Source: a virus
Reading direction: 5' to 3' (one strand)
Length of the DNA: 64,000 nucleotides
Virus record (IMG/VR): IMGVR_UViG_3300030060_005695
Below are positions 19,198 through 28,300 of this stretch, one piece after another; position 1 is the first letter of the stretch; each line of letters begins with the position of its first letter. The notes below the pieces were generated by a model. That model was not told the origin of the DNA and ran no database searches. It saw only the letters and a program-made list of their open reading frames with translations. Position numbers and translations under genes: made by a program.

Positions 19198-20052
19198 ATG
19201 TCACAACAGATAATAATAACTAAAGAACAACTAAAAAGGATTGGTGGACTAATCGAGGAACAGTCTAATGGTATTAGAGCATATAGTTTTGACTGGGATG
19301 ATAACATTCTTAAAATGCCCACTACTATTAAAATGTTAAGGAAGACCGATGATGGTTGGGTAGGTGTTAATGTGGGGACAGAAGAATTTGCTTTGGTTAG
19401 GGATAGTGATGATTATAAATTAGATAAAGGAGCTTTTGATAATTTTATAGATGAAGACGCTTTCCTAATGGATTTAGAAAAGGCTTTAAGTATGGGTTCA
19501 TTCGCACCTTCATTCGATAAATTTAAAGAGGCCTTAATATACGCAAACCCAATATCAATTATAACAGCTAGAGGACACGACCCCATAGTTTTAAGAAAAG
19601 GTATGGATTTAGTTATAGCCCACACATTTAATGAGGAAGAATTAGGTAGAATGATTGATAATATTCAACAAACTTATCCAGAATTAGATGGTCAAAACCC
19701 AGAAATAATATTAAAAACTTATTTGGATTCACACGAATATCATCCAGTAACATCCAAAACATTTACAGATAAATTCGGGTTAGAGGGTGGTTCCGCAGCA
19801 AATCCAGAAGAAAATAAAAAAATAGCACTTAGAGATTACGTAACAAATATAGTATCTAAAGCCTCTCAAATGGTAAGTATGGGTAATGAAAAACTATCGG
19901 TTGGGTTTAGTGATGATGATTTGGGTAATATAAACGCTATAATTCCTTTTATAAAAGAGGTGTTACAAGTAGAATTTCCAGATGTAGATTTTATAGTTTA
20001 TGACACATCTGAGGGTGGAATGAACAAAATAGTATTAAAACAAGTCAATTAA
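19198..20052 (+). CDS. HAD-superfamily phosphatase-like protein with N-terminal helical tag
   Basis: Motif I FDWDDNI, motif II IITARG, Lys in ENKK, motif IV GFSDDD. Start moved to ATG 19198, after TATTTATA at 19186-19193. Confidence 0.7.
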   Translation: MSQQIIITKEQLKRIGGLIEEQSNGIRAYSFDWDDNILKMPTTIKMLRKTDDGWVGVNVGTEEFALVRDSDDYKLDKGAFDNFIDEDAFLMDLEKALSMGSFAPSFDKFKEALIYANPISIITARGHDPIVLRKGMDLVIAHTFNEEELGRMIDNIQQTYPELDGQNPEIILKTYLDSHEYHPVTSKTFTDKFGLEGGSAANPEENKKIALRDYVTNIVSKASQMVSMGNEKLSVGFSDDDLGNINAIIPFIKEVLQVEFPDVDFIVYDTSEGGMNKIVLKQVN

Positions 20053-20121
20053 GACATTTTTTTCATTCCCGATATATTTATAGTATATAATAAAAAAGTA
20101 AAAACAAAAAATTAAAAAGAT

Positions 20122-20610
20122 ATGGCTGACTTATTAATGAAAATGCCTATACCTTATGAACCAAAGAAAAAGAATAGGTTTATCATGAGATTTGACTCTT
20201 CTTTGGGAATTAATGAATGGTATGTAGAGAGTACTTCTAGACCACAAGTTACAATTAACTCTGTAGAAGTACCGTTCTTAAACACCTCTACTTATGTAGC
20301 AGGTAGATTTGTATGGAACACAATAAACGTAACATTTAGAGACCCAATCGGACCATCAGCAGCACAAGCTCTTATGGAGTGGGTTAGAACACACGCAGAA
20401 TCTGTAACTGGTAGAATGGGTTACGCTGCAGGTTATAAGAAAAACATCGACTTAGAATTATTAGACCCAACAGGTGTAGTAGTGGAAAAATGGATTCTAC
20501 AAGGAACATTCTTAACAGATGTTAACTTTAACGACTTAAGTTATAGTGATGACGGTCTTGCAAATATTTCAGCCACTTTAAGACCAGATAGATGTATCTT
20601 AGTTTACTAA
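20122..20610 (+). CDS. Tail tube protein (T4 gp19-like)
   Basis: YEPKKKNRF, RPQVTI, YVAGRFVWNTINVTFRD, ALMEW, YKKNIDLELLDPTGVVVEKWILQGTF; TATTTATA at 20075-20082. Confidence 0.9.
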   Translation: MADLLMKMPIPYEPKKKNRFIMRFDSSLGINEWYVESTSRPQVTINSVEVPFLNTSTYVAGRFVWNTINVTFRDPIGPSAAQALMEWVRTHAESVTGRMGYAAGYKKNIDLELLDPTGVVVEKWILQGTFLTDVNFNDLSYSDDGLANISATLRPDRCILVY

Positions 20611-20631
20611 ACCAAATTAAATAGATTTTAT

Positions 20632-20660
20632 AAAAGCCCTTTAGTTAGGGCTTTTTTATT
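20632..20660 (+). terminator. Rho-independent terminator after tail tube gene
   Basis: AAAAGCCCT-TTAGTT-AGGGCTTTTTT. Confidence 0.8.
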
Positions 20661-20776
20661 GCAAATTACTTGACTTTAATTATATATTTTAAGATGCTTA
20701 TAGCGCAATCTATTTAAATTAATAAAACTTAAATATATGTATTTACTATTATAATATATTAATTAAATTATAAGCT

Positions 20777-21535
20777 ATGCAAGAACAATTAGGCCAACAA
20801 CCAGAAACAATCTTACCTTATGACATGGTAAGTTTACCTTCTCAGGGTGTTTTTTATAAAAATAAAAAGAAATCTGTAAAGGTAACCTACCTAAATGCTT
20901 CCGACGAAAATTTATTGGCAACACCATCATTACAAGCTAATGGTGAACTAATCAACATGTTACTATCTAGAAAAATTTTAGATAAAGATATAAATGTTAT
21001 GGATATGCCAGAATGTGATAAAGAAGCTGTACTTGTATTTTTAAGGAATACAGCTTTTGGTGCGGACTATACAGTTACTTTAACAGACCCAAAAACAAAA
21101 GAGTCTTTTGAAACAACAATAGATTTATCTGTATTAAAAACTAATGAGGTGGGAGTAGAACTAGATAATAATAATGAGTTTGACCATTATTTAGAAGTAT
21201 CCAAGAAAAAAGTAAAACTATCTTTTTTAACACCACAACACGAAAGAACACTAAAACAAATAGACGAACAAAATAAAAATGCTGCGGTAAACACTTATAT
21301 GACCAAACAATTAGAAATGTTAGTCAAAGAAATAGATGGGGTTAGAGACCCAATGACTATCGCACAATTTATTCAAACAATGCCAATTCGAGATTCTCAA
21401 AACATTAGAAAAGTAATTAGAGAAAACTCGCCTTCACTAGATTTAACTATCCCTGTGTTAACTCCATCGAATGAAGAGATAAACGCGAGAATTACATTCG
21501 GGGTTGAGTTTTTTCGTCCTTTCTACGGCATATAG
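20777..21535 (+). CDS. Tail/baseplate assembly chaperone (T4 gp26-like)
   Basis: VSLPSQG...Y, DENLL, DKEAVLVFLRNTAFG and a C-terminal EFF motif; lies between tube and tape measure genes. Confidence 0.7.
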   Translation: MQEQLGQQPETILPYDMVSLPSQGVFYKNKKKSVKVTYLNASDENLLATPSLQANGELINMLLSRKILDKDINVMDMPECDKEAVLVFLRNTAFGADYTVTLTDPKTKESFETTIDLSVLKTNEVGVELDNNNEFDHYLEVSKKKVKLSFLTPQHERTLKQIDEQNKNAAVNTYMTKQLEMLVKEIDGVRDPMTIAQFIQTMPIRDSQNIRKVIRENSPSLDLTIPVLTPSNEEINARITFGVEFFRPFYGI

Positions 21536-21713
21536 GAATGCCCTATTGCAAGAATTCTATTATCTAATGAAACACCTCCACATCGCGTGGTCAGACCTCT
21601 TACAGATGCCTACATTCGAACGTAGATTTTACGTTAACTTCTTAACAGAAGAATTTCAGAAAAAGAATGAAGCCGCAGAACAAGCTAGAAACAAGAGTAA
21701 AAACAGATTCTAA
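21504..21713 (+). CDS. Second tail chaperone (T4 gp51-like / GT-like), possibly made by frameshift
   Basis: EFYYLMKHLHIAWSDLLQMPTFERRFYVNFL; overlaps the upstream ORF in the +1 frame with no ATG at its start. Confidence 0.6.
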   Translation: MSFFVLSTAYRNALLQEFYYLMKHLHIAWSDLLQMPTFERRFYVNFLTEEFQKKNEAAEQARNKSKNRF

Positions 21714-21741
21714 ATATTTATAATAAAACAATTATTATAAT

Positions 21742-23694
21742 ATGGCAAGTGTTGCAGATAATTTAGCGAATAAAAAACCTTGGAACTCACTATCCAACGC
21801 GGAACAAGCTGAAGCTAGAGACGCGGGCTATACTAGGGCCAGTTGGACATCACAAATTGGTCCAACCAATACAGGCCCTACAGGGGGAAGTGCACCACCA
21901 CCTGACACTAAAGCATTTGAATTACTCGGTAAACTAGCTCAAGATAGAATCCCCAAATCAGAAACAACTGTTGGTGACTTAGAAGATATGGCAAAAGTAT
22001 TGAAAAACATCACATCATCTGGTTTCAAGGTGGTGGATAATATGGATACTATTTTAAATATGTTAGCCTTAGAAGATACACTTAGGGTAGATATATCTAA
22101 AACACTGGGAATGTCCAATGCACAACTAATGGACACAGTAGATGGTCTGACTGACGCAGGAATGGAAGCTTCTAGATTCGGTATGACCGTACACGATTTA
22201 TTCGAGACATTCAAAGGAATGACTCAAGAAATCTCAAGAAATCTTTTTATACCCCCCGAAGTTACAGAGAGAGCTGCATTATTAACTAAAACTTTAGAAG
22301 GTTTTGATGCTGGAAAATTTGCTGAAGGTTTTGACACTATTGGTTTTAGTTTAGATACTGCTATGGGTAAAGTCGATGACACCAATAACGCTATGTCTGA
22401 AATACTACAAACAGGTAGGCAATTTGGGGTGGTAATGGAAAAATTCTTAGCTAATATTGGAGACGAATTAAAATTAATTAATACATATGGTTTTGAAAGA
22501 GGTGTAGAAGGACTTGCTAGGATGGTAGCAAGAGGACAGGCATTAGGTATTGAAATGAGTACTGTTACTAGTCTTGCGGACAAATTTTTCGACCCAGAAG
22601 GTGCAATTGATTTTGCTGCACAAATGAGTGTAATTGGAGGAGCTGTTGGAGATTTAGCAGACCCATTTAAATTAATGTATATGGCTACTAATGACCTAGA
22701 AGGTCTACAAGAGGCTATTGCGGATACAGCAGCATCGGCAGTTTACTTTGACAAAGAGAAGAACAAATTCTCGATATCACCAGAACAAAGACGACAGTTA
22801 AAGGCTATGGCAGAACAAATGGGTATGAGTTATCAGGATTTAGCTGACACAGCTGTAAGGTCAGCTAGAAGAGCCGAAGTCTTTAATCAAATAGGTGACT
22901 TTAGTGATATGACAGAAACTGATAAAGAGTTATTAGCTTCTATGGCAAAGATTGGTGAAGGGGGAGTTGCACAAGTAAAAATTCCAGGTATTGAAGAAAT
23001 GGTTGATGTTTCTAATGTTACCGAAGAACAAATGGAGTTGTTAAGAAAAGAAGGTATGTCAGATTCTGATGTCTATAAACAACAACTTACAGTTGCAGAA
23101 AAAGCAAATCAGTATCTTGCAGCGATGGATGCGGGTATTAGATTAATGGTTAAAAATGAACTGGGTCTGGCCGCGGATAAAAAAATCCGAGTAGAATCCC
23201 TAACTCAAAAAATAGCAGCTGAAATGCCTAATTTAACCCCAGAACAATTACAAAAGTTAAGAGATGGTGATGTGCAGGGTGTAGCTGATGATATTGAATC
23301 GACCGCCACAGCAACAGCAAAAGCGGCTTTAGAAGAATTACAAAAACTACACGCAAATGATGCTATAATAACTAAAGAAGGTATTACAACTTTTGATAAA
23401 GGAGATATTTTAGTGGCAGCACAATCAGGAAATGTGAAATTAGGAGAAGACCTTGATGCGTCTATAGCAAGTAGAACAGAAACTTTAAATAAAAGTATAG
23501 TAGAAAATACAAATAATACAACTAACACCACAACAATGAGACCTCTTAGTTTAAAGTTAGAGGGTAATATTGATGTTAATAATGGTGAAGCTAGGATGAA
23601 TGGACAAGACTTCCTAAGACTATTACAAATGGATAGAGGTGTAGCTTTAGAAACTGGTAAACTACTAAATGACGCTATGTCATTAGGGGCATAA
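21742..23694 (+). CDS. Putative tape measure protein
   Basis: 650 aa, A/M/L/E-rich helical composition, directly after the chaperone pair; TATTTATA at 21715-21722. Confidence 0.65.
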   Translation: MASVADNLANKKPWNSLSNAEQAEARDAGYTRASWTSQIGPTNTGPTGGSAPPPDTKAFELLGKLAQDRIPKSETTVGDLEDMAKVLKNITSSGFKVVDNMDTILNMLALEDTLRVDISKTLGMSNAQLMDTVDGLTDAGMEASRFGMTVHDLFETFKGMTQEISRNLFIPPEVTERAALLTKTLEGFDAGKFAEGFDTIGFSLDTAMGKVDDTNNAMSEILQTGRQFGVVMEKFLANIGDELKLINTYGFERGVEGLARMVARGQALGIEMSTVTSLADKFFDPEGAIDFAAQMSVIGGAVGDLADPFKLMYMATNDLEGLQEAIADTAASAVYFDKEKNKFSISPEQRRQLKAMAEQMGMSYQDLADTAVRSARRAEVFNQIGDFSDMTETDKELLASMAKIGEGGVAQVKIPGIEEMVDVSNVTEEQMELLRKEGMSDSDVYKQQLTVAEKANQYLAAMDAGIRLMVKNELGLAADKKIRVESLTQKIAAEMPNLTPEQLQKLRDGDVQGVADDIESTATATAKAALEELQKLHANDAIITKEGITTFDKGDILVAAQSGNVKLGEDLDASIASRTETLNKSIVENTNNTTNTTTMRPLSLKLEGNIDVNNGEARMNGQDFLRLLQMDRGVALETGKLLNDAMSLGA

Positions 23695-23758
23695 CCTTAT
23701 TTGCCCAACTACCCTAACGAAATTACGTTACAATCTATTTATTATAAAAGAATAATAT

Positions 23759-26700
23759 ATGTCAGTAGGTCTAAATACAGGTGGTGTAAAAGCTTTTGGG
23801 ATGCAGGGTCCTTATAGACCCAATGTAGCGTCTACCGAAAAGTTACGTGTTTTTTTATTAGGTAAAAATCTACAAAGTTCGTATCTTGCTGACGGTAATC
23901 CTGTTTCACCACCCTTCGGCATTCAACCTCCGGGAAAACAAAATACTAGTATATACGAACGTCCCGTAGTAGACCAAAAAACAGTAGAAGAATTAGCACC
24001 ACCAAACTTAACTAGTCTATTCTTAGATAATAGTTATGGTCCAGAAGGTGGATTTACAGACGTACAAACTATAAATGTTAAAAAAGTATTACCAAGAAGA
24101 GGGTTAGACTATGTAACACCTAATACACTCCAACCAAAATCATTTGTTTCTTCAGAGTATACGTCGGCTGAAATATTAGAAACAGTTAATATAACTAATG
24201 GTATTGTTAATACTTTAAATAGTAAAATTTTAAATGATAGTGAGTTATTACAAAAATCTAGTGGTAATTTAAGAGAACAATTAGGTTATAACCAAGGATG
24301 GAATGACTTAGATTTAAGTGATAAAGGTTCATTTATGTTTAACGTAAGTGCCAACCCAGGAGAAAAAGAGTTGGACGGTACAGACTTTTTATCCAGAATA
24401 ACAAACTTATATTATGGTTACTCTAATATACCAGGTAACTATTTCCAAGGTATCTTTAAACCCGACATCAACTTTTTAGCTAAAAACGGAATAAGTTTTA
24501 CAGGTGTTTTCGGTAATGTACAAGCTACCGCTAATGCTATAGTAAATATATTAAGTGGTGGTGATAACATACCAACCAACACAGTATCTAATCCAGTACC
24601 TAGTGATAGATTCATAAGTTATATGGGTCCAGAACAACAAAAATCATTATTTACGTCTTTAGATTTTAACAAATATAGACCGGATTATTCTAGAGTACAA
24701 TTAAGAGATGGTGTAACTAATATAACACCATACTATTACTTAGGTTCTAAAAATAACGAACCATCAAAGGTTCAGTCCCCTATGGGTGCAGTACCAAGTG
24801 ATGAGTTTGGTAGACCTATAAATGCTTTAGTTTACGGTCCATCTACATTAGCTAAACAATTAGAAACAGTAGATGGACAACCTTTATGGCCTTTCTACAT
24901 GTTTGGGGTACAAGGTTATACCTATAATGATGGTGGAAGTTTAGCTGGTGGTTGGACCTGGATGGGTACTCAGTCATTCGCATCTACAAACGCACCTTAT
25001 GACTTATTAGCTACAAGGTCCTTCCAAAAACCAAAAAGAAAAGGAGGTATATTAGATGAAACACAAAAACTTATAGACTCAGCACCTCTTATGGGTGGAG
25101 CTAGAAGAAAACATGCAGGACATGCGATTGACCAAACATCTAAAGTATTCTCTGATGGTTATAAAGAAATTTCTAAAGGTTCTGGTGTTAGATTTGTAGA
25201 CGAATCTTCAGGTGTATTCGGTATTGGTGGTGGTTTAGTGGCTAGAGAATTTTGTAGAACCTGGACAAAAGATGACCCTTATTGGAAAATGGAAAACTTA
25301 CAAAGACATAAAGGAAATCATCTAGGTAAAGCGGGTTCAGTATTAACTAATACATTTAATTTAAATATAGCACCTATTTTTGGTGTTAATGTGGATACAG
25401 AAAAAACAGAAAAAAATGTAAGTAAGTACATGTTTTCTATAGAAAACCTTGCTTGGAGAGGTACATCAGAATTATTAAAATTACCTAAATCCGAAAGAGG
25501 CCCACAAGGTGGTAGAATAATGTGGTTCCCACCTTACGATTTACAAGTGGGTGATACTAATTCGGCACAATGGAATTCAGTTAACTTCCTAGGAAGACCA
25601 GAACCCATATACACGTATAATTATACCGAAAGAATTGGTACATTAAACTGGAAAATAGTTGTTGACCACCCATCGATACTAAACACAATAACAGAAAACA
25701 CACTAAAAGGAGTACCAGACTATGTGGCCGACCAAGCTATAGAAGCATTTTTTGCTGGGTGTAAAGAATATGATATATATGAATTAGCGTCCATATTCCC
25801 CAACCTATCAGTAGATGATATTATTAGTATACAAAATGATGTTACGGATGAGTATAATGTTGACCCAGAAGGTACTTTAAATAATAATACAAGTGGTGTA
25901 AACACCCCAGACAACCCTAACGGACAAGAAGGTGTAATAGACCTAGACGCTACTGACCCAGCAAATGAAGGAGTAATAGACCTAGATGGTGGTTCCAGTA
26001 ATAATGCAAATGCAAATAACGGCATACCAAACAACGTACAAAATACAGGGATGGCTGGTTCTTTTGATGATTTTTGGGGGCAAAGTCAGAACCAAGGAGA
26101 AAATCCACCTAACGAAGTTCAAGCCGCAGCTAATAATCAATCAGGTGCCGGTAAAGAAAAGAAATTAGATACAGCAAAAATATTAGCTAAACTATTAGGT
26201 GAAGAAAATTACTTTAACGCTTTAAAACAAGATGATGAATTTATATACAATTCATTAAAACGACAATTAAAACACTTTCACCCAGCATTTCACTCGATGA
26301 CTCCAGAAGGACTAAATAACCGACTAAGTTTTTTACTTCAATGTACTAGACCCGGTAACACCATACCCACAGTTAATGCTGACGGTAGTTTAGATTCCGA
26401 AAGAGATGTTGATAACACAGCTTTTGGTGCACCACCTATATGTGTGTTAAGGATTGGTGATTTTTACCACACAAAAATAGCTATTGATTCTGTAAGTTTT
26501 AGTTACGACCCTTTGATATATGATTTAAATCCAGAAGGTATTGGGGTACAACCTATGATAGCAAATGTTTCTATGAACTTTAAATATATTGGGGGACAAG
26601 GATTAGAAGCTCCTGTATCAGAATTACAAAACGCGTTATCAAACAACTTCTTTGCTAACACTGAGATGTATAATAATAGAAGTATAAAAACCACAACTGA

Positions 26701-26866
26701 CGAACAAAAACCATTGGCAGATGAACAAGAAATAATACTTGAACTAGAAGCTCAACAGGCAGCAGCAGCACAAGGAGAAGCACAAGGTAATAATACTGAA
26801 GGTACTAGTACGGATGGTGACCAGAGTGGAAATGCTTGGCAAAACTTTTGGGGTACTGGACCATAA
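23759..26866 (+). CDS. Large baseplate/tail-initiator structural protein
   Basis: 1035 aa; WNSVNFLGRPEPIYTY and APPICVLRIGDF...IDSVSFSY...PMIANVSMNFKYIG resemble tube-initiator folds; TATTTAT at 23736-23742. Confidence 0.55.
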   Translation: MSVGLNTGGVKAFGMQGPYRPNVASTEKLRVFLLGKNLQSSYLADGNPVSPPFGIQPPGKQNTSIYERPVVDQKTVEELAPPNLTSLFLDNSYGPEGGFTDVQTINVKKVLPRRGLDYVTPNTLQPKSFVSSEYTSAEILETVNITNGIVNTLNSKILNDSELLQKSSGNLREQLGYNQGWNDLDLSDKGSFMFNVSANPGEKELDGTDFLSRITNLYYGYSNIPGNYFQGIFKPDINFLAKNGISFTGVFGNVQATANAIVNILSGGDNIPTNTVSNPVPSDRFISYMGPEQQKSLFTSLDFNKYRPDYSRVQLRDGVTNITPYYYLGSKNNEPSKVQSPMGAVPSDEFGRPINALVYGPSTLAKQLETVDGQPLWPFYMFGVQGYTYNDGGSLAGGWTWMGTQSFASTNAPYDLLATRSFQKPKRKGGILDETQKLIDSAPLMGGARRKHAGHAIDQTSKVFSDGYKEISKGSGVRFVDESSGVFGIGGGLVAREFCRTWTKDDPYWKMENLQRHKGNHLGKAGSVLTNTFNLNIAPIFGVNVDTEKTEKNVSKYMFSIENLAWRGTSELLKLPKSERGPQGGRIMWFPPYDLQVGDTNSAQWNSVNFLGRPEPIYTYNYTERIGTLNWKIVVDHPSILNTITENTLKGVPDYVADQAIEAFFAGCKEYDIYELASIFPNLSVDDIISIQNDVTDEYNVDPEGTLNNNTSGVNTPDNPNGQEGVIDLDATDPANEGVIDLDGGSSNNANANNGIPNNVQNTGMAGSFDDFWGQSQNQGENPPNEVQAAANNQSGAGKEKKLDTAKILAKLLGEENYFNALKQDDEFIYNSLKRQLKHFHPAFHSMTPEGLNNRLSFLLQCTRPGNTIPTVNADGSLDSERDVDNTAFGAPPICVLRIGDFYHTKIAIDSVSFSYDPLIYDLNPEGIGVQPMIANVSMNFKYIGGQGLEAPVSELQNALSNNFFANTEMYNNRSIKTTTDEQKPLADEQEIILELEAQQAAAAQGEAQGNNTEGTSTDGDQSGNAWQNFWGTGP
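25928..25986 (+). repeat. Intragenic duplication encoding EGVIDLD x2
   Basis: GAAGG(T/A)GTAATAGACCTAGA at 25928-25947 and 25967-25986. Confidence 0.7.
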
Positions 26867-26876
26867 AATATAAGAA

Positions 26877-27977
26877 ATGGATTATACAATAAATTATAAA
26901 AATCTTTTAAATGCTTTCGTTGACGAAAGTAGTGCGTATTCTTTGGATGTAAAAAATAGGTTATACGATGTTTTTCTATATCATAGTATGGGTCTTGTTG
27001 AGGAGTCCATGTTTTCAAGAAACTATAAAACAGGCACTTTTGGGACAAACTCCAACGGTAATTTAATGGGTATACCTAATAAAATAATAAGTAGAATAAC
27101 CACTTATTATGAAACAGTTAAAACTAATATAAGTGCAGAAACTACTACAATACAAAGTAAATTAAATTTAGCCAATCCTACAGAACCCGAAAAACAATAT
27201 GTAAAAAATGTTTTATATAATACATTAGAAACCCAACTAAATAATACGGTAACAGAAGTTATGACTTTAGTTAATAATCTTAGAGATTCGCAACATAAAC
27301 TAACTACCACAGCGGACAAACTTAATTTTATCACAAACCCAAATGGCCATTCTGGTTATTTTGACGGACAATACCTAAACCCAAATGGAGGTAGAGTAAT
27401 AGCATTCCAATTAACAGCTACTACTGCTCTAAATAGAATAACAACTAACTATAACATAACTAATGGGTATTTAAATACTTTTATACTTAACCATGTTAAT
27501 TCTGCGTTTACTAAAAATTATCCTAGTGGTGGTGAATATATTTTCTTTAGTCCAGTAATATACACAAATGAAGCTATTTCTTTTACATTTGATAATAGAC
27601 CAGAATTACAAAAGTTACTTAGTTATAGAAAAAGTACACTGTATGATGATTTAACCAATATTGACCCACTAGGTATTACTGGTATCACCCCAGTTACAAT
27701 ACGAGTATTTAAACCACAATTAAATAATGCGGTAAAAGAATGGATAGATTATGATACAAGTTTAATGATTTCTAGATTTACAAGTAATTTAGATGGTGGT
27801 TATGAAACATTTAAGGGTGTTATAAATAGATATTATTCCGACTTTAACGTGGGATATAAAATTAATACGGGAGCAACCGCAGAAAATATAGTTAGAGTTA
27901 ATTTAAGAGATAAAAACATGGGAATCAGTGACAGTAAGTTCAACTATAAACTACTAAATCAACTATATATTAGTTAA
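26877..27977 (+). CDS. Hypothetical tail-module protein
   Basis: 366-aa N/T-rich ORF within the tail operon. Confidence 0.5.
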   Translation: MDYTINYKNLLNAFVDESSAYSLDVKNRLYDVFLYHSMGLVEESMFSRNYKTGTFGTNSNGNLMGIPNKIISRITTYYETVKTNISAETTTIQSKLNLANPTEPEKQYVKNVLYNTLETQLNNTVTEVMTLVNNLRDSQHKLTTTADKLNFITNPNGHSGYFDGQYLNPNGGRVIAFQLTATTALNRITTNYNITNGYLNTFILNHVNSAFTKNYPSGGEYIFFSPVIYTNEAISFTFDNRPELQKLLSYRKSTLYDDLTNIDPLGITGITPVTIRVFKPQLNNAVKEWIDYDTSLMISRFTSNLDGGYETFKGVINRYYSDFNVGYKINTGATAENIVRVNLRDKNMGISDSKFNYKLLNQLYIS

Positions 27978-27982
27978 GGGAT

Positions 27983-28300
27983 ATGAGTTACTACAATAGA
28001 TATAACGAATTTATTATTAATGGAGATTATGTAATGGTCCCTAGTATAACCCTTACACCAAAATCTAGTGATAGAAAAATAGTTTATAAAGTGGGAAAAA
28101 CTAGGTTAGACAAACTATCCGACCAATTTTATGGTTCACCATTCTATGGGTGGCTTATCATGCAAGCAAATCCAACATACGGTGGACAAGAGTGGAACAT
28201 ACCTGACGGTACGATTATAACAGTACCATTCCCATTAATGCAATCACTAGAGGACTATAAATCTAAATTAGACCAACACTTCCTCTATTATGGCAGATAG
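27983..28300 (+). CDS. LysM-like baseplate wedge protein (T4 gp53 / P2 gpX-like)
   Basis: RLDKLSDQFYGSPFYGWLIMQANP...IPDGTIITVP. Confidence 0.75.
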   Translation: MSYYNRYNEFIINGDYVMVPSITLTPKSSDRKIVYKVGKTRLDKLSDQFYGSPFYGWLIMQANPTYGGQEWNIPDGTIITVPFPLMQSLEDYKSKLDQHFLYYGR

